From the NCBI GenBank assembly GCA_947630545.1, contig CANRHX010000003.1, positions 2,177-66,176 of the forward strand: a stretch of 64,000 nt of DNA. The letters are read 5' to 3'. The stretch comes from an uncultured Clostridia bacterium. GTDB taxonomy: Bacteria; Bacillota; Clostridia; TANB77; CAG-508. Positions 37,675 to 46,552 of the stretch are shown one piece after another. The position numbers and the translations under genes are program-made. The notes under the pieces are model-generated. The model searched no databases, was not told the DNA's origin, and was given only the letters and a program-made list of their open reading frames with translations. Positions within the stretch are counted from its first letter, which is position 1, and every line of letters begins with the position of its first letter.

Positions 37675-38667
37675 ATGAATTTTATAGAAAATGTAAAAGA
37701 AAGAGTAAAAAATAATGTTAAAACTATAGTTCTTCCAGAGGCAGAAGATTTAAGAGTATTAGAAGCAACATCAAAAATATTAAAAGAAAAATTTGCAAAA
37801 GTCATTTTAATAGGAAATAAAGATAATATATTAAAAAAAGCTAAAGACAATAATTTAGATATAGAAGAAGTAAAAATTATAGATCCTGCAAAATCTGAAA
37901 AATTTGATGAATACGTCAATCTTCTAGTAGAACTTAGAAAAAATAAAGGTATGACAGTAGAAGAAGCAAAGAAACTTGTTTTAGATCCAGTTTATTATGG
38001 TATGTTAATGGTAAAATCAGGGGAAGCCGATGGACTTGTATCAGGTGCTGCTCATTCAACAGCAGACACATTAAGACCAGCACTACAGATTTTAAAAACA
38101 GCAGAAGGAACAAAACTAGTGTCAGCATTTTTCTTAATGGTTGTACCAAATTGTAAATATGGAGAAGAAGGAACATTTGTATTTGCCGATTGTGGACTAA
38201 ATCCAAATCCAGGAGTTGATGAACTAGAAGCTATTGCTGTGTCATCTGCAAAAAGCTTTGAACAATTAGTCCAAAAAGATGCTAAAATTGCTATGCTTTC
38301 ATACTCAACGTATGGTAGTGCAAAATCAGAGCTTACAGAAAAAATGGTAAATGCAACTAAACAAATAAAAACAAACCATCCAGACTTGCAAGTTGATGGA
38401 GAGTTACAATTAGATGCCGCAATAGTTCCAGAAATTGCCGCTTCTAAAGCACCGGAAAGTAAAGTAGCCGGACATGCAAATGTACTAGTATTTCCAGATT
38501 TAAATGCTGGAAATATTGGTTATAAATTAACTCAAAGATTAGGAAATGCTGAAGCTTATGGCCCACTATGCCAAGGAATAGCAAAGCCTGTAAATGATTT
38601 ATCAAGAGGATGTAGTAGTAACGATATAGTTGGCGTTGTTGCAATAACTGCGCTTCAAGCACAATAA
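37675..38667 (+). CDS. pta: Phosphate acetyltransferase
   Basis: 330 aa; 'IVLPEAEDLRVLEA', 'GLVSGAAHSTADTLRPALQI', 'NVLVFPDLNAGNIGYKL', 'DLSRGCS'. Confidence 0.95.
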   Translation: MNFIENVKERVKNNVKTIVLPEAEDLRVLEATSKILKEKFAKVILIGNKDNILKKAKDNNLDIEEVKIIDPAKSEKFDEYVNLLVELRKNKGMTVEEAKKLVLDPVYYGMLMVKSGEADGLVSGAAHSTADTLRPALQILKTAEGTKLVSAFFLMVVPNCKYGEEGTFVFADCGLNPNPGVDELEAIAVSSAKSFEQLVQKDAKIAMLSYSTYGSAKSELTEKMVNATKQIKTNHPDLQVDGELQLDAAIVPEIAASKAPESKVAGHANVLVFPDLNAGNIGYKLTQRLGNAEAYGPLCQGIAKPVNDLSRGCSSNDIVGVVAITALQAQ

Positions 38668-38732
38668 TGTGTCACTGGTTCCGGGTTTGAATGACACATT
38701 TTGTGTCATTCAAACCCGGAACCAGTGACACA
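38668..38732. repeat. 65-nt perfect palindrome (31-bp stem, 3-nt loop), second member of the GC-rich palindrome family
   Basis: 38668-38698 (TGTGTCACTGGTTCCGGGTTTGAATGACACA) is the exact reverse complement of 38702-38732. It begins 1 nt after the pta stop and ends 19 nt before the ackA ATG. Confidence 0.95.
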
Positions 38733-38751
38733 AAATTTGAGAGGAGCAATT

Positions 38752-39939
38752 ATGAAAATATTAGTTTTAAATTCTGGAAGTTCGTCTTTAAAGTATCAAG
38801 TAATAGATATGGAAACAGAAAAGTTATTAGCTAAAGGATATTTCGAAAGAATAGGACAGCCGAATTCATTTTTAACGCATAAAGTAAATGGAAATAAGCA
38901 TACATTTCAGCGTGAGGCAAAAGATCATGAAGAAGCAATTTCTTTTGTATTAAACAGGCTTACTAATGACCATTATGGAGTAATTAAAGATTTAAGCGAA
39001 TTACAAGGAATAGGACATAGAATAGTTCATGGTGGAGAAAAATTTTCTGATAGTGTACTAATTACTGATGAAGTAATAGAAGAAATAAAAAAGTGTAGTG
39101 ATTTAGCACCACTACACAATCCAGCAGCAATACTTGGAATTGAAGCATGCAAAAAAGTAGTACCTAATATGAAAATGGTTGCAGTATTTGATACAGCATT
39201 TCACCAAACGATTCCAAAATCAAGATATATTTATCCAATTCCATACAAATATTATGAAAATTATGCAGTTCGTAAATATGGCTTTCATGGTACATCTCAT
39301 CAATATGTAGCAAATAGAGTTTCTGAAATGCTTGGCAAAGATATAAAAAATTTAAAAATTGTAAATTGCCATTTAGGACAAGGAGCGAGTGTTTGTGCTA
39401 TTTTAAATGGTAAGTCTGTAGAAACAAGTATGGGGCTAACTCCACTTGGAGGTATTGCAATGGGAACAAGAAGTGGTGATTTAGATCCATCTGTTTTAAC
39501 ATTTTTAATGAAAAAAGAAAACTTATCTGCTGATCAAATGGAAGAAATTTTAAATAAAAAATCAGGTGTATATGGTGTATCTCGTGTTTCAATGGACTTT
39601 AGAGATATTGAATTTGAAACTCTAGCAGGAGGAACACATGCGAAATTATCTTTAGATATTTTCTGTTATTTAATAGCAGGTTATATAATGAAATGTGCTG
39701 TTGCAATGGGAGGTATAGATGTACTTACTTTTACAGCAGGAGTAGGAGAGAAGAGCCCATATTGTAGAGAGCATATTTGTAAAAATTTAGAGTTTTTGGG
39801 AGTAAAATTAGATTTAACTAAAAATGAAGTAAAAGGTGAAGAAGCTATTATTTCTAATAATAACTCTAGCATTAAAATTTGTGTAGTTCCAACAAACGAA
39901 GAACTTATGATTGCAAAAGAAACAATGAAATTGATTTAA
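38752..39939 (+). CDS. ackA: Acetate kinase (copy 1)
   Basis: 'KILVLNSGSSSLKYQ', 'GHRIVHGG', 'FDTAFHQT', 'YGFHGTSH', 'TRSGDLDP', 'VPTNEELMIA'. The ORF from 38701 is an artefactual extension through the palindrome. Confidence 0.95.
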   Translation: MKILVLNSGSSSLKYQVIDMETEKLLAKGYFERIGQPNSFLTHKVNGNKHTFQREAKDHEEAISFVLNRLTNDHYGVIKDLSELQGIGHRIVHGGEKFSDSVLITDEVIEEIKKCSDLAPLHNPAAILGIEACKKVVPNMKMVAVFDTAFHQTIPKSRYIYPIPYKYYENYAVRKYGFHGTSHQYVANRVSEMLGKDIKNLKIVNCHLGQGASVCAILNGKSVETSMGLTPLGGIAMGTRSGDLDPSVLTFLMKKENLSADQMEEILNKKSGVYGVSRVSMDFRDIEFETLAGGTHAKLSLDIFCYLIAGYIMKCAVAMGGIDVLTFTAGVGEKSPYCREHICKNLEFLGVKLDLTKNEVKGEEAIISNNNSSIKICVVPTNEELMIAKETMKLI

Positions 39940-39968
39940 AATTATGTATAATTAGGGAGGAAATAAAA

Positions 39969-41168
39969 ATGAAAATTTTAGTATTAAACTGCGGTAGTTC
40001 ATCACTTAAGTATCAATTAATCAATATGGAGACAGAAGATGTAATGGCTTCTGGTAAATATGAAAGAATAGGAGAAGACGAAGCTTATATTACACATAAA
40101 GTAAATGGACAAAAGATTGAAATAAAACATCCAGCTTACAATCATGAAGAAGCTATAGATTTTACTTTAAAACAATTAATTAATCCAGAATACAAAGTTG
40201 TTGATTCTTTAGATGAAGTAAATGCTATTGGGCATAGGGTTGTTCATGGAGGTGAATATTTCTCTAGACCTGTAATTATTACAGATGAAGTAATAAGAAA
40301 GGTTGATGAATGTGCAGAACTTGCTCCATTACACAATAAAGCAGCAGTTTTAGGAATGAAAGCTTGCCAAAATGTAATGCCAGGAAAACCAATGGTAGCA
40401 GTTTTTGATACAGCATTCCATCAATCAATTCCTAAAAATAGATATATTTATCCAATTCCATATGAATATTATAAAAAATATGGAATAAGAAAATATGGAT
40501 TCCATGGAACATCACATATGTATGTTTCTCAAAAACTAGCAGAAATAGAAAATAAACCCATTGAAGATTTAAAAATAGTTACATGCCATTTGGGTCAAGG
40601 TTCTAGTATTTGTGCTGTTCAAGGTGGTAAATCTGTTGATACAAGTATGGGACTTACTCCACTCGCTGGAATACCAATGGTTACAAGAAGTGGTGATTTA
40701 GATCCATCAGTTATAACATATATAATGAAAAAAGAAAACATGACAGCAGAAGAAGTTGAAAATATGCTAAATAAAGAATCTGGTGTTATGGGTATTTCAG
40801 GATTAGCTCCTGATTTTAGAGTAATAGAATCAGCATCTTATGAAGATAATGAAAGAGCAAAATTAGCTATGGAATCATTTAAATATTCAATTGCTGGATT
40901 TATTGCTAAATATGCTGTAGCAATGAATGGTATAGATGCAGTTGTATTTACTGGTGGAGTTGGAGAAAATCAAATTAATATTAGAAAAGGTATTTGTAAA
41001 CAATTAGAATTTATGGGACTTATAATTGATGAAGATGCAAATAATGTTAGGGGAGAAGAAAGACTAATTACTAAACCAGAATCTAAAGTTAAAGCTTATA
41101 TTATTCCAACAAATGAAGAACTTATGATTGCTAAAGAAACTGAAAAATTGGTTAATTATATAAAATAA
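39969..41168 (+). CDS. Acetate/propionate kinase family (tandem copy 2)
   Basis: Same motif set ('KILVLNCGSSSLKYQ', 'GHRVVHGG', 'YGFHGTSH', 'TRSGDLDP', 'IPTNEELMIA'); GGGAGG RBS before ATG 39969. Confidence 0.9.
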   Translation: MKILVLNCGSSSLKYQLINMETEDVMASGKYERIGEDEAYITHKVNGQKIEIKHPAYNHEEAIDFTLKQLINPEYKVVDSLDEVNAIGHRVVHGGEYFSRPVIITDEVIRKVDECAELAPLHNKAAVLGMKACQNVMPGKPMVAVFDTAFHQSIPKNRYIYPIPYEYYKKYGIRKYGFHGTSHMYVSQKLAEIENKPIEDLKIVTCHLGQGSSICAVQGGKSVDTSMGLTPLAGIPMVTRSGDLDPSVITYIMKKENMTAEEVENMLNKESGVMGISGLAPDFRVIESASYEDNERAKLAMESFKYSIAGFIAKYAVAMNGIDAVVFTGGVGENQINIRKGICKQLEFMGLIIDEDANNVRGEERLITKPESKVKAYIIPTNEELMIAKETEKLVNYIK

Positions 41169-41174
41169 AAAATC

Positions 41175-41210
41175 AAGCTCATCTCTGTTATAGTGATGGG
41201 CTTAATTTTT
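41175..41210. terminator. Hairpin terminator between convergent ackA copy 2 and cysS
   Basis: AAGCTCATC (41175-41183) pairs with GATGGGCTT (41195-41203), one G-U pair, followed by a T-rich run. Confidence 0.6.
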
Positions 41211-41249
41211 ATATAAATGTTTATCTTAACTCGAATCTGTTGTATAAAT

Positions 41250-42656
41250 TTATATAACTTTATATTCTGTTCCTTCTTTAGTATCAATAAGTTCAATACC
41301 TTGTTCTAATAATTCATTTCTAATATTGTCTGCTAGTTGATAATCTTTATTTTGTTTTGCAACTTTTCTTTCTTCAATCTTAGACAAAACATATGCCTTC
41401 TTATCATCATCAAGATCATTTTTTATGACTTTTTTTGGTTTGGTTAAAGAAAGACCAAGTACTTTATCAAAACTTTCTATTAAATAGATTTTAGAGGCAT
41501 CATTTAAATTACTTTTCAATACATCAAATAGTACAGTAACACAAGTTGCAGTATTTAAGTCGTTTTCTAATGCTTGCTTAAATTTATTTTCAAATTCTTT
41601 TATAGCTTCATTATCAACTGCTCCATCGTTTTTATTTAAAGAAGCAATTTTACTAATTAATTTATTGTATGCATTTTTTGCTGAATCTAAGCCTTCGTAG
41701 CTAAAAATTAGTATTTTTCTATAATGAGATTGTAAACAAAATAATTTATATACAAGTGGATCATAACCTTTGTCTATTAGCGTTTGTACGGTTGTAAAGT
41801 TATTAGCACTTTTACTCATTTTACCTTCTTTAACATTTAAATGCTCAACATGGAACCAATAATTACACCAATGATGCCCTAAAAAGCTTTCAGATTGAGC
41901 AATTTCGTTTGTGTGATGTGGAAATTTATTATCAACACCACCACAATGTATGTCTAAATATTCTCCTAAATATTTATAACTAATTCCTGAACATTCTATA
42001 TGCCAGCCCGGATAACCGATACCCCAAGGACTATCCCATTTTAAAGCTTGATTTTCAAATTTTGATTTAGTAAACCATAGGGCAAAGTCTTGAACATTTC
42101 TTTTTGATTTATCTTCTTCAACATCATCTCTTGCAGCAACTAGCATTTCATCTTGAGATTGATTTGTAAATCTATAATATTTTTCTAGTTTTGATGTATC
42201 AAAATAAACATTTCCATTTGATACATAAGCATACTCATCATCTATTAGTTTTTTTATCATTTCAATATATACATCAATACAAGAAGTAGCAGGGATTACT
42301 GTTTCTGGCCATTTTAAATTTAGTTTGGAAAAATCACTTTTGAAAGCTTCTGTGTAAAATTTGGCGATTTCTAAAACACTCTTATTTTGTTTTATAGCCA
42401 TATTTAACATTTTGTCATTTCCATAATCTGAATCATCAGATAAATGTCCAACATCAGTAATATTCATAGTTCTTTGTACGTTATAACCTAAATAGTTTAA
42501 GGCTTTTTCTAAAATATCTTCAAATATGTATGTTCTTAAGTTTCCAATATGTGCGTAGTTGTAAACTGTAGGACCACAAGTGTACATTTTAACTTGATTT
42601 CCTTTTCTTGGTTTAAATTCTTCTTTTTCCCTTGATTCTGAATTGTATAATATCAT
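41250..42656 (-). CDS. cysS: Cysteine--tRNA ligase
   Basis: 'CGPTVYNYAHIGNLRTY' (HIGH), 'KMSKS', 468 aa. Confidence 0.95.
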   Translation of the reverse strand: MILYNSESREKEEFKPRKGNQVKMYTCGPTVYNYAHIGNLRTYIFEDILEKALNYLGYNVQRTMNITDVGHLSDDSDYGNDKMLNMAIKQNKSVLEIAKFYTEAFKSDFSKLNLKWPETVIPATSCIDVYIEMIKKLIDDEYAYVSNGNVYFDTSKLEKYYRFTNQSQDEMLVAARDDVEEDKSKRNVQDFALWFTKSKFENQALKWDSPWGIGYPGWHIECSGISYKYLGEYLDIHCGGVDNKFPHHTNEIAQSESFLGHHWCNYWFHVEHLNVKEGKMSKSANNFTTVQTLIDKGYDPLVYKLFCLQSHYRKILIFSYEGLDSAKNAYNKLISKIASLNKNDGAVDNEAIKEFENKFKQALENDLNTATCVTVLFDVLKSNLNDASKIYLIESFDKVLGLSLTKPKKVIKNDLDDDKKAYVLSKIEERKVAKQNKDYQLADNIRNELLEQGIELIDTKEGTEYKVI

Positions 42657-42812
42657 TTTGAACCCCTCCTTAAATATATTGAAATTGTAGTGCTATTATA
42701 ACACTTTTTTTTATTAAAATAAATAGTTTATCAAATAATTTTTATACTCTCACAACTTTATTTACATAATTTCATATTATATATAAGATAAGATGAAGGG
42801 AGGGAAGAAAAG

Positions 42813-43391
42813 TTGGAAATAAAAGGGAAAAAAATAGGGTTTATACTGACAGGCTCTTTTTGTACATTTAGTAAGACGATTCCTAAAATAAAAGAATTGG
42901 TAAATAAAGGTGCTGATGTAATTCCCATAATGTCTTTTAATAGCTATAATTTAGATACAAAATTTGGTAAAGCTGAAGACTTTAGAAATGAAATAGAAGA
43001 GATTACTGGAAAAGAAATTATCCATACTATTATGGATGCTGAACCAATTGGTCCAAAGCGAATGACGGATATTATGGTCGTTGCTCCAGCGTCTGGTAAT
43101 ACAATGGCAAAGCTTGCACATGATATAATAGATACTCCTGCTACAATGGCTGTTAAATCGCATTTAAGAAATAACTTGCCAGTTGTAATAGCTCCATCTA
43201 CAAACAATGCATTAAGTGGAAATGCCGAAAATATAGGAAAGTTACTTAATAGAAAAAATTATTATTTTGTACCTTTTAGGCAAGATAATCCTATTACAAA
43301 GCCTAGATCTATAGTTTTTGATTTTGAATATTTAATTAAAACAATAGAGTATGCATTAGATAATGAACAGATTCAGCCAATATTGTTATGA
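42813..43391 (+). CDS. dpaB: Dipicolinate synthase subunit B (flavoprotein family)
   Basis: 'KIGFILTGSFCTF', 'MVVAPASGNTMAKLAHDIIDTPATMAVKSHLRN..PVVIAPSTNNAL' typical of SpoVFB/DpaB. TTG start after GGGAGGG. Confidence 0.8.
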   Translation: MEIKGKKIGFILTGSFCTFSKTIPKIKELVNKGADVIPIMSFNSYNLDTKFGKAEDFRNEIEEITGKEIIHTIMDAEPIGPKRMTDIMVVAPASGNTMAKLAHDIIDTPATMAVKSHLRNNLPVVIAPSTNNALSGNAENIGKLLNRKNYYFVPFRQDNPITKPRSIVFDFEYLIKTIEYALDNEQIQPILL

Positions 43392-43468
43392 ATATAAATC
43401 TAAAATGACTTTGAATAAGGAGAATATTTTAGTAGTTTTATAATTTTCTCCGAACTCAAAGTCATATT

Positions 43469-44464
43469 TTACATATCAGATAGGGGGTTACTTTCTACAG
43501 CATCACGCACTTGAGTATTTTCAACATGAGTATAAATTTCAGTTGTAGAAATACTTTCATGTCCTAAAAGCTCTTGAAGAGCTCTAATATCAACCTTTCC
43601 ATACTGATACATAAGAGTTGCAGCAGTATGCCTTAATTTATGAACAGAACACTTTTTAGAATCTAATCCAGCAGCATTAAGCTCCTTTTCGACAATATAT
43701 TGAACAGTTCTTCTTCCAATTCTAGTATGTCTTTCACTAAGAAAAAGAGCTTTATTAGAGTTTGAAGTATCTTTTTTTCCTTCTGGTCTAATTTCTAAAT
43801 ATTCTTTAAGTGCCTTCATACAAGCTTTATTAAGATATATAGTTCTTTCTTTGTTGCCTTTACCAATTACTTTCATTTTACATTCAGAAAACTCAATATC
43901 AGAAATATTTATTTCTACTAATTCTGATAAACGCATACCACAATTCAAAAATAGAGTAATAATAGCAAAATCTCTTTTAGCATTTCTATTTTCATCTTCA
44001 TTTGCTGTAACTTCTAATAATTTTTTGCTGTCATCTAATGTTAAATATTTAGGTTGCCTTCGATCAAGTTTAGGATTTTCAAGGTTTTGTGCAGGATTTA
44101 TTTCTAATAATCCTGCTTTTTGAGTTAAATATTTAAAAAATATCCTTATACTTGAAGCTTTTCTGGCTCTTGTTGCAGCCTTACTATGAAATGTGTTGGT
44201 CATATAAGCTAAATAAGCATGAATATCGTTTAAAGTTATTTTTTTAATTGTATCTATCGTAATATCATTTATAGTAATATTGTCTAATTCAGTTACTTTG
44301 GTTAAATTAAAATGCATCTTAATAAACTTTAAAAAACTCATAATATCATAATTATATTCTTTTATTGAATTTGGTGATTTATTTAATATTGTTGCTGAAT
44401 AATCTAAAAAAGAATTTAGGTATTCAGGATTATTATTTCTATCTATCATTTTATTCATCTCCAT
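43469..44464 (-). CDS. Tyrosine recombinase (XerC/XerD family)
   Basis: N-terminal SAM-like domain ('FLDYSATILNKSPNSIKEYNYDI'). Catalytic 'GMRLSEL', 'HKLRHTAAT', 'LLGHESISTTEIYTHV' (R-H-R-Y). Confidence 0.85.
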   Translation of the reverse strand: MEMNKMIDRNNNPEYLNSFLDYSATILNKSPNSIKEYNYDIMSFLKFIKMHFNLTKVTELDNITINDITIDTIKKITLNDIHAYLAYMTNTFHSKAATRARKASSIRIFFKYLTQKAGLLEINPAQNLENPKLDRRQPKYLTLDDSKKLLEVTANEDENRNAKRDFAIITLFLNCGMRLSELVEINISDIEFSECKMKVIGKGNKERTIYLNKACMKALKEYLEIRPEGKKDTSNSNKALFLSERHTRIGRRTVQYIVEKELNAAGLDSKKCSVHKLRHTAATLMYQYGKVDIRALQELLGHESISTTEIYTHVENTQVRDAVESNPLSDM

Positions 44465-45783
44465 ATAAAAGTTACTATTGCATTGCTATCTAAATTATCA
44501 TGAAATGTCTGGTTATTAAAACACAAGTTATATTCTATATTATAAGTGTTTTGATTTAATAAAACAACAACAATCGAATTATCGGGATTTTTAAAAGCAG
44601 TCATATCAATTTTTTCAGTAAATTTACTAAATGCAATTCTAGTAGCTCCGGGCTTAATATATTTACTAAAATGTGCAATATAGTAAAACGAAGGAGTTTT
44701 AATATAGTTGTCATTATTTTTATTAATCATAATAGGACTATTGCAATTATTATGTTTATGATTTGGTCCACCATTATAGTCTAATACCATATTCCAATCA
44801 ATAAAACCATTTACTCCATTGTTAAAATCTCCAATTATTTCTGATGCGTACATTTGAGCATTAAAAAGTTCATCTTGAGGTTTAAATTTAGAATATCCTG
44901 TACAGCCTTCAGTATGAATTAGAAGCTTATTAGCAAATAAATCATGCAATATTTTTAAGTTTTCAAAGTGAGTCCCTGTGTACCAATGAAAAGCAATTCC
45001 TTCGGCATAATCTAAAGCACCATATTTTACTAATGTATCAATTGATCTATTTACAATATTGTCTTTATTATGATCCCAAATAAGAAATTTTGTATTTAGC
45101 TTATTTTTCTTAAAAGTAGGGTATAAGTATTGTTTCAAAAAATTGGCTTCTTCTTCAGCAGAATATCGACAAGACTCCCAAATTTGAGTTGCATTTGGCT
45201 CATTTTGAATTGTCATGTAATCTATATTTATATTTTGTTTTTGGTATTCTTGAACATATTTTACTAAGTATTCAGCCCATAATGATTTGTATTTATTCTT
45301 TAGTTTACCACCTAAGTAAAGTATTTTATTATCTTTCATAAATGCTGGAGGAGACCATGGAGATGCTAAGAATTTAATTTCTGGATTTATTATTAAAGCT
45401 GATTTTATTGTAGGAATAATATAGTTCATGTCTTCAGAGATACTAAAATCAGATAAGTCGTCTTTATTAGAATAAGAATAGCTCTTTGGTGAAAAATCAG
45501 AACTTGCTATTGTTAATCTACATAATGAATAATTTAAGCCATTTTTGTTAAAGTACTCATCTATAATTTTATTTTTAATTTCATTATTAATATTGTTTAA
45601 AACATAGCATGTAGAGCCTGTAAATGCACCACCAAAGCCAATTAACTTTTGATATTCAATACTAGGATATATATTTAAAATGTTGTTTTCAATTTTGTCA
45701 TTGTATGTTTTTGTATGATTAATTTCTGTTTGATGCAAATATAAATTTCTTTTAATGTTTGTTTCAATTTTGGTAATTTTCAT
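44455..45783 (-). CDS. Glycoside hydrolase family 30 (glucosylceramidase-like)
   Basis: 'GFGGAFTGS', 'ASPWSPPAFMK', 'YMTIQNEPN', 'HTEGC' typical GH30. GGAGG lies 5 nt before ATG 45783. The 3' end overlaps the recombinase start. Confidence 0.8.
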   Translation of the reverse strand: MKITKIETNIKRNLYLHQTEINHTKTYNDKIENNILNIYPSIEYQKLIGFGGAFTGSTCYVLNNINNEIKNKIIDEYFNKNGLNYSLCRLTIASSDFSPKSYSYSNKDDLSDFSISEDMNYIIPTIKSALIINPEIKFLASPWSPPAFMKDNKILYLGGKLKNKYKSLWAEYLVKYVQEYQKQNINIDYMTIQNEPNATQIWESCRYSAEEEANFLKQYLYPTFKKNKLNTKFLIWDHNKDNIVNRSIDTLVKYGALDYAEGIAFHWYTGTHFENLKILHDLFANKLLIHTEGCTGYSKFKPQDELFNAQMYASEIIGDFNNGVNGFIDWNMVLDYNGGPNHKHNNCNSPIMINKNNDNYIKTPSFYYIAHFSKYIKPGATRIAFSKFTEKIDMTAFKNPDNSIVVVLLNQNTYNIEYNLCFNNQTFHDNLDSNAIVTFIWR

Positions 45784-45803
45784 TTTTGCCTCCATTCTTT
45801 GTT

Positions 45804-46358
45804 TTAATTAAAAATCTTTTCAAACCATTTTTTAAAGTTTATATTCAATTCATCTAAAGTATAATCACTCTGATTTTTAAAATATTTTATAAGTTCTGCC
45901 ATAACACCGTCCATAAAAAAATATACATCCAATTCTAAATAATCTTTTTCAGAAATGCTATTTTCTAAAGCATAGAGTATTTTTCTACTAGCCATTTTAT
46001 TTAATTTTTCTAAAAAGGTTATTGATTCAGTAGATGACAATAACATTTTATATATTTGTTCATTTTTTTTAAGACAGACTATTATATCATTAAAATAGTT
46101 TATTATATCATCTTTATTATATAAAACATTTTCTTCACTAATTAACAATTCTATAGTTTCTAATTGATAATCATTAGCCACATCATAAATATCATCATAA
46201 TGAGTATAAAAAGTACCTCTAGTGATATCTGCTCTTTTTACTAATTCAGTAACTGTTATTTTATTTAAAGATTTTTTTTCATTCATAAGTTCTGCAAAAG
46301 TTCTTTTAATAAGTTCTTGAGTTTTTCTTGAAGAGGAATTTAATCCTTGTACTTTCAT
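45804..46358 (-). CDS. TetR/AcrR-family transcriptional regulator
   Basis: 'ELIKRTFAELMNEKKSLNKITVTELVKRADITRGTFYTHYDDIYDV' TetR HTH. Divergent from the MMPL gene. The longer ORF to 46469 lacks an RBS. Confidence 0.85.
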   Translation of the reverse strand: MKVQGLNSSSRKTQELIKRTFAELMNEKKSLNKITVTELVKRADITRGTFYTHYDDIYDVANDYQLETIELLISEENVLYNKDDIINYFNDIIVCLKKNEQIYKMLLSSTESITFLEKLNKMASRKILYALENSISEKDYLELDVYFFMDGVMAELIKYFKNQSDYTLDELNINFKKWFEKIFN

Positions 46359-46475
46359 ATAATCAATCCTTTCGTAAACATTAGCAATTATATCACATTT
46401 TAAACCTAAATTAAAGTATAAAGTAAAAGATTTTATACAATTTAAGCCAATGTGTCTAAATTTATACAAAATTAG

Positions 46476-46494
46476 TAAATCTATTCTAGATTTA
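46476..46494. promoter_or_regulatory. Candidate TetR operator (8-bp inverted repeat)
   Basis: TAAATCTA-ttc-TAGATTTA in the TetR/MMPL divergent intergenic region. Confidence 0.3.
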
Positions 46495-46552
46495 TCAATA
46501 ATAATATAGTATGATTTTATTTAGTATTTTTCTATAGGGGGAGTGAATTATA

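Noticed and set aside
42657-42812. T-box leader upstream of cysS
   Set aside because: The upstream region is only about 150 nt of AT-rich sequence. I could not find a T-box consensus (AATTAGAGTGGTACCGCG-like) or a specifier/terminator arrangement.
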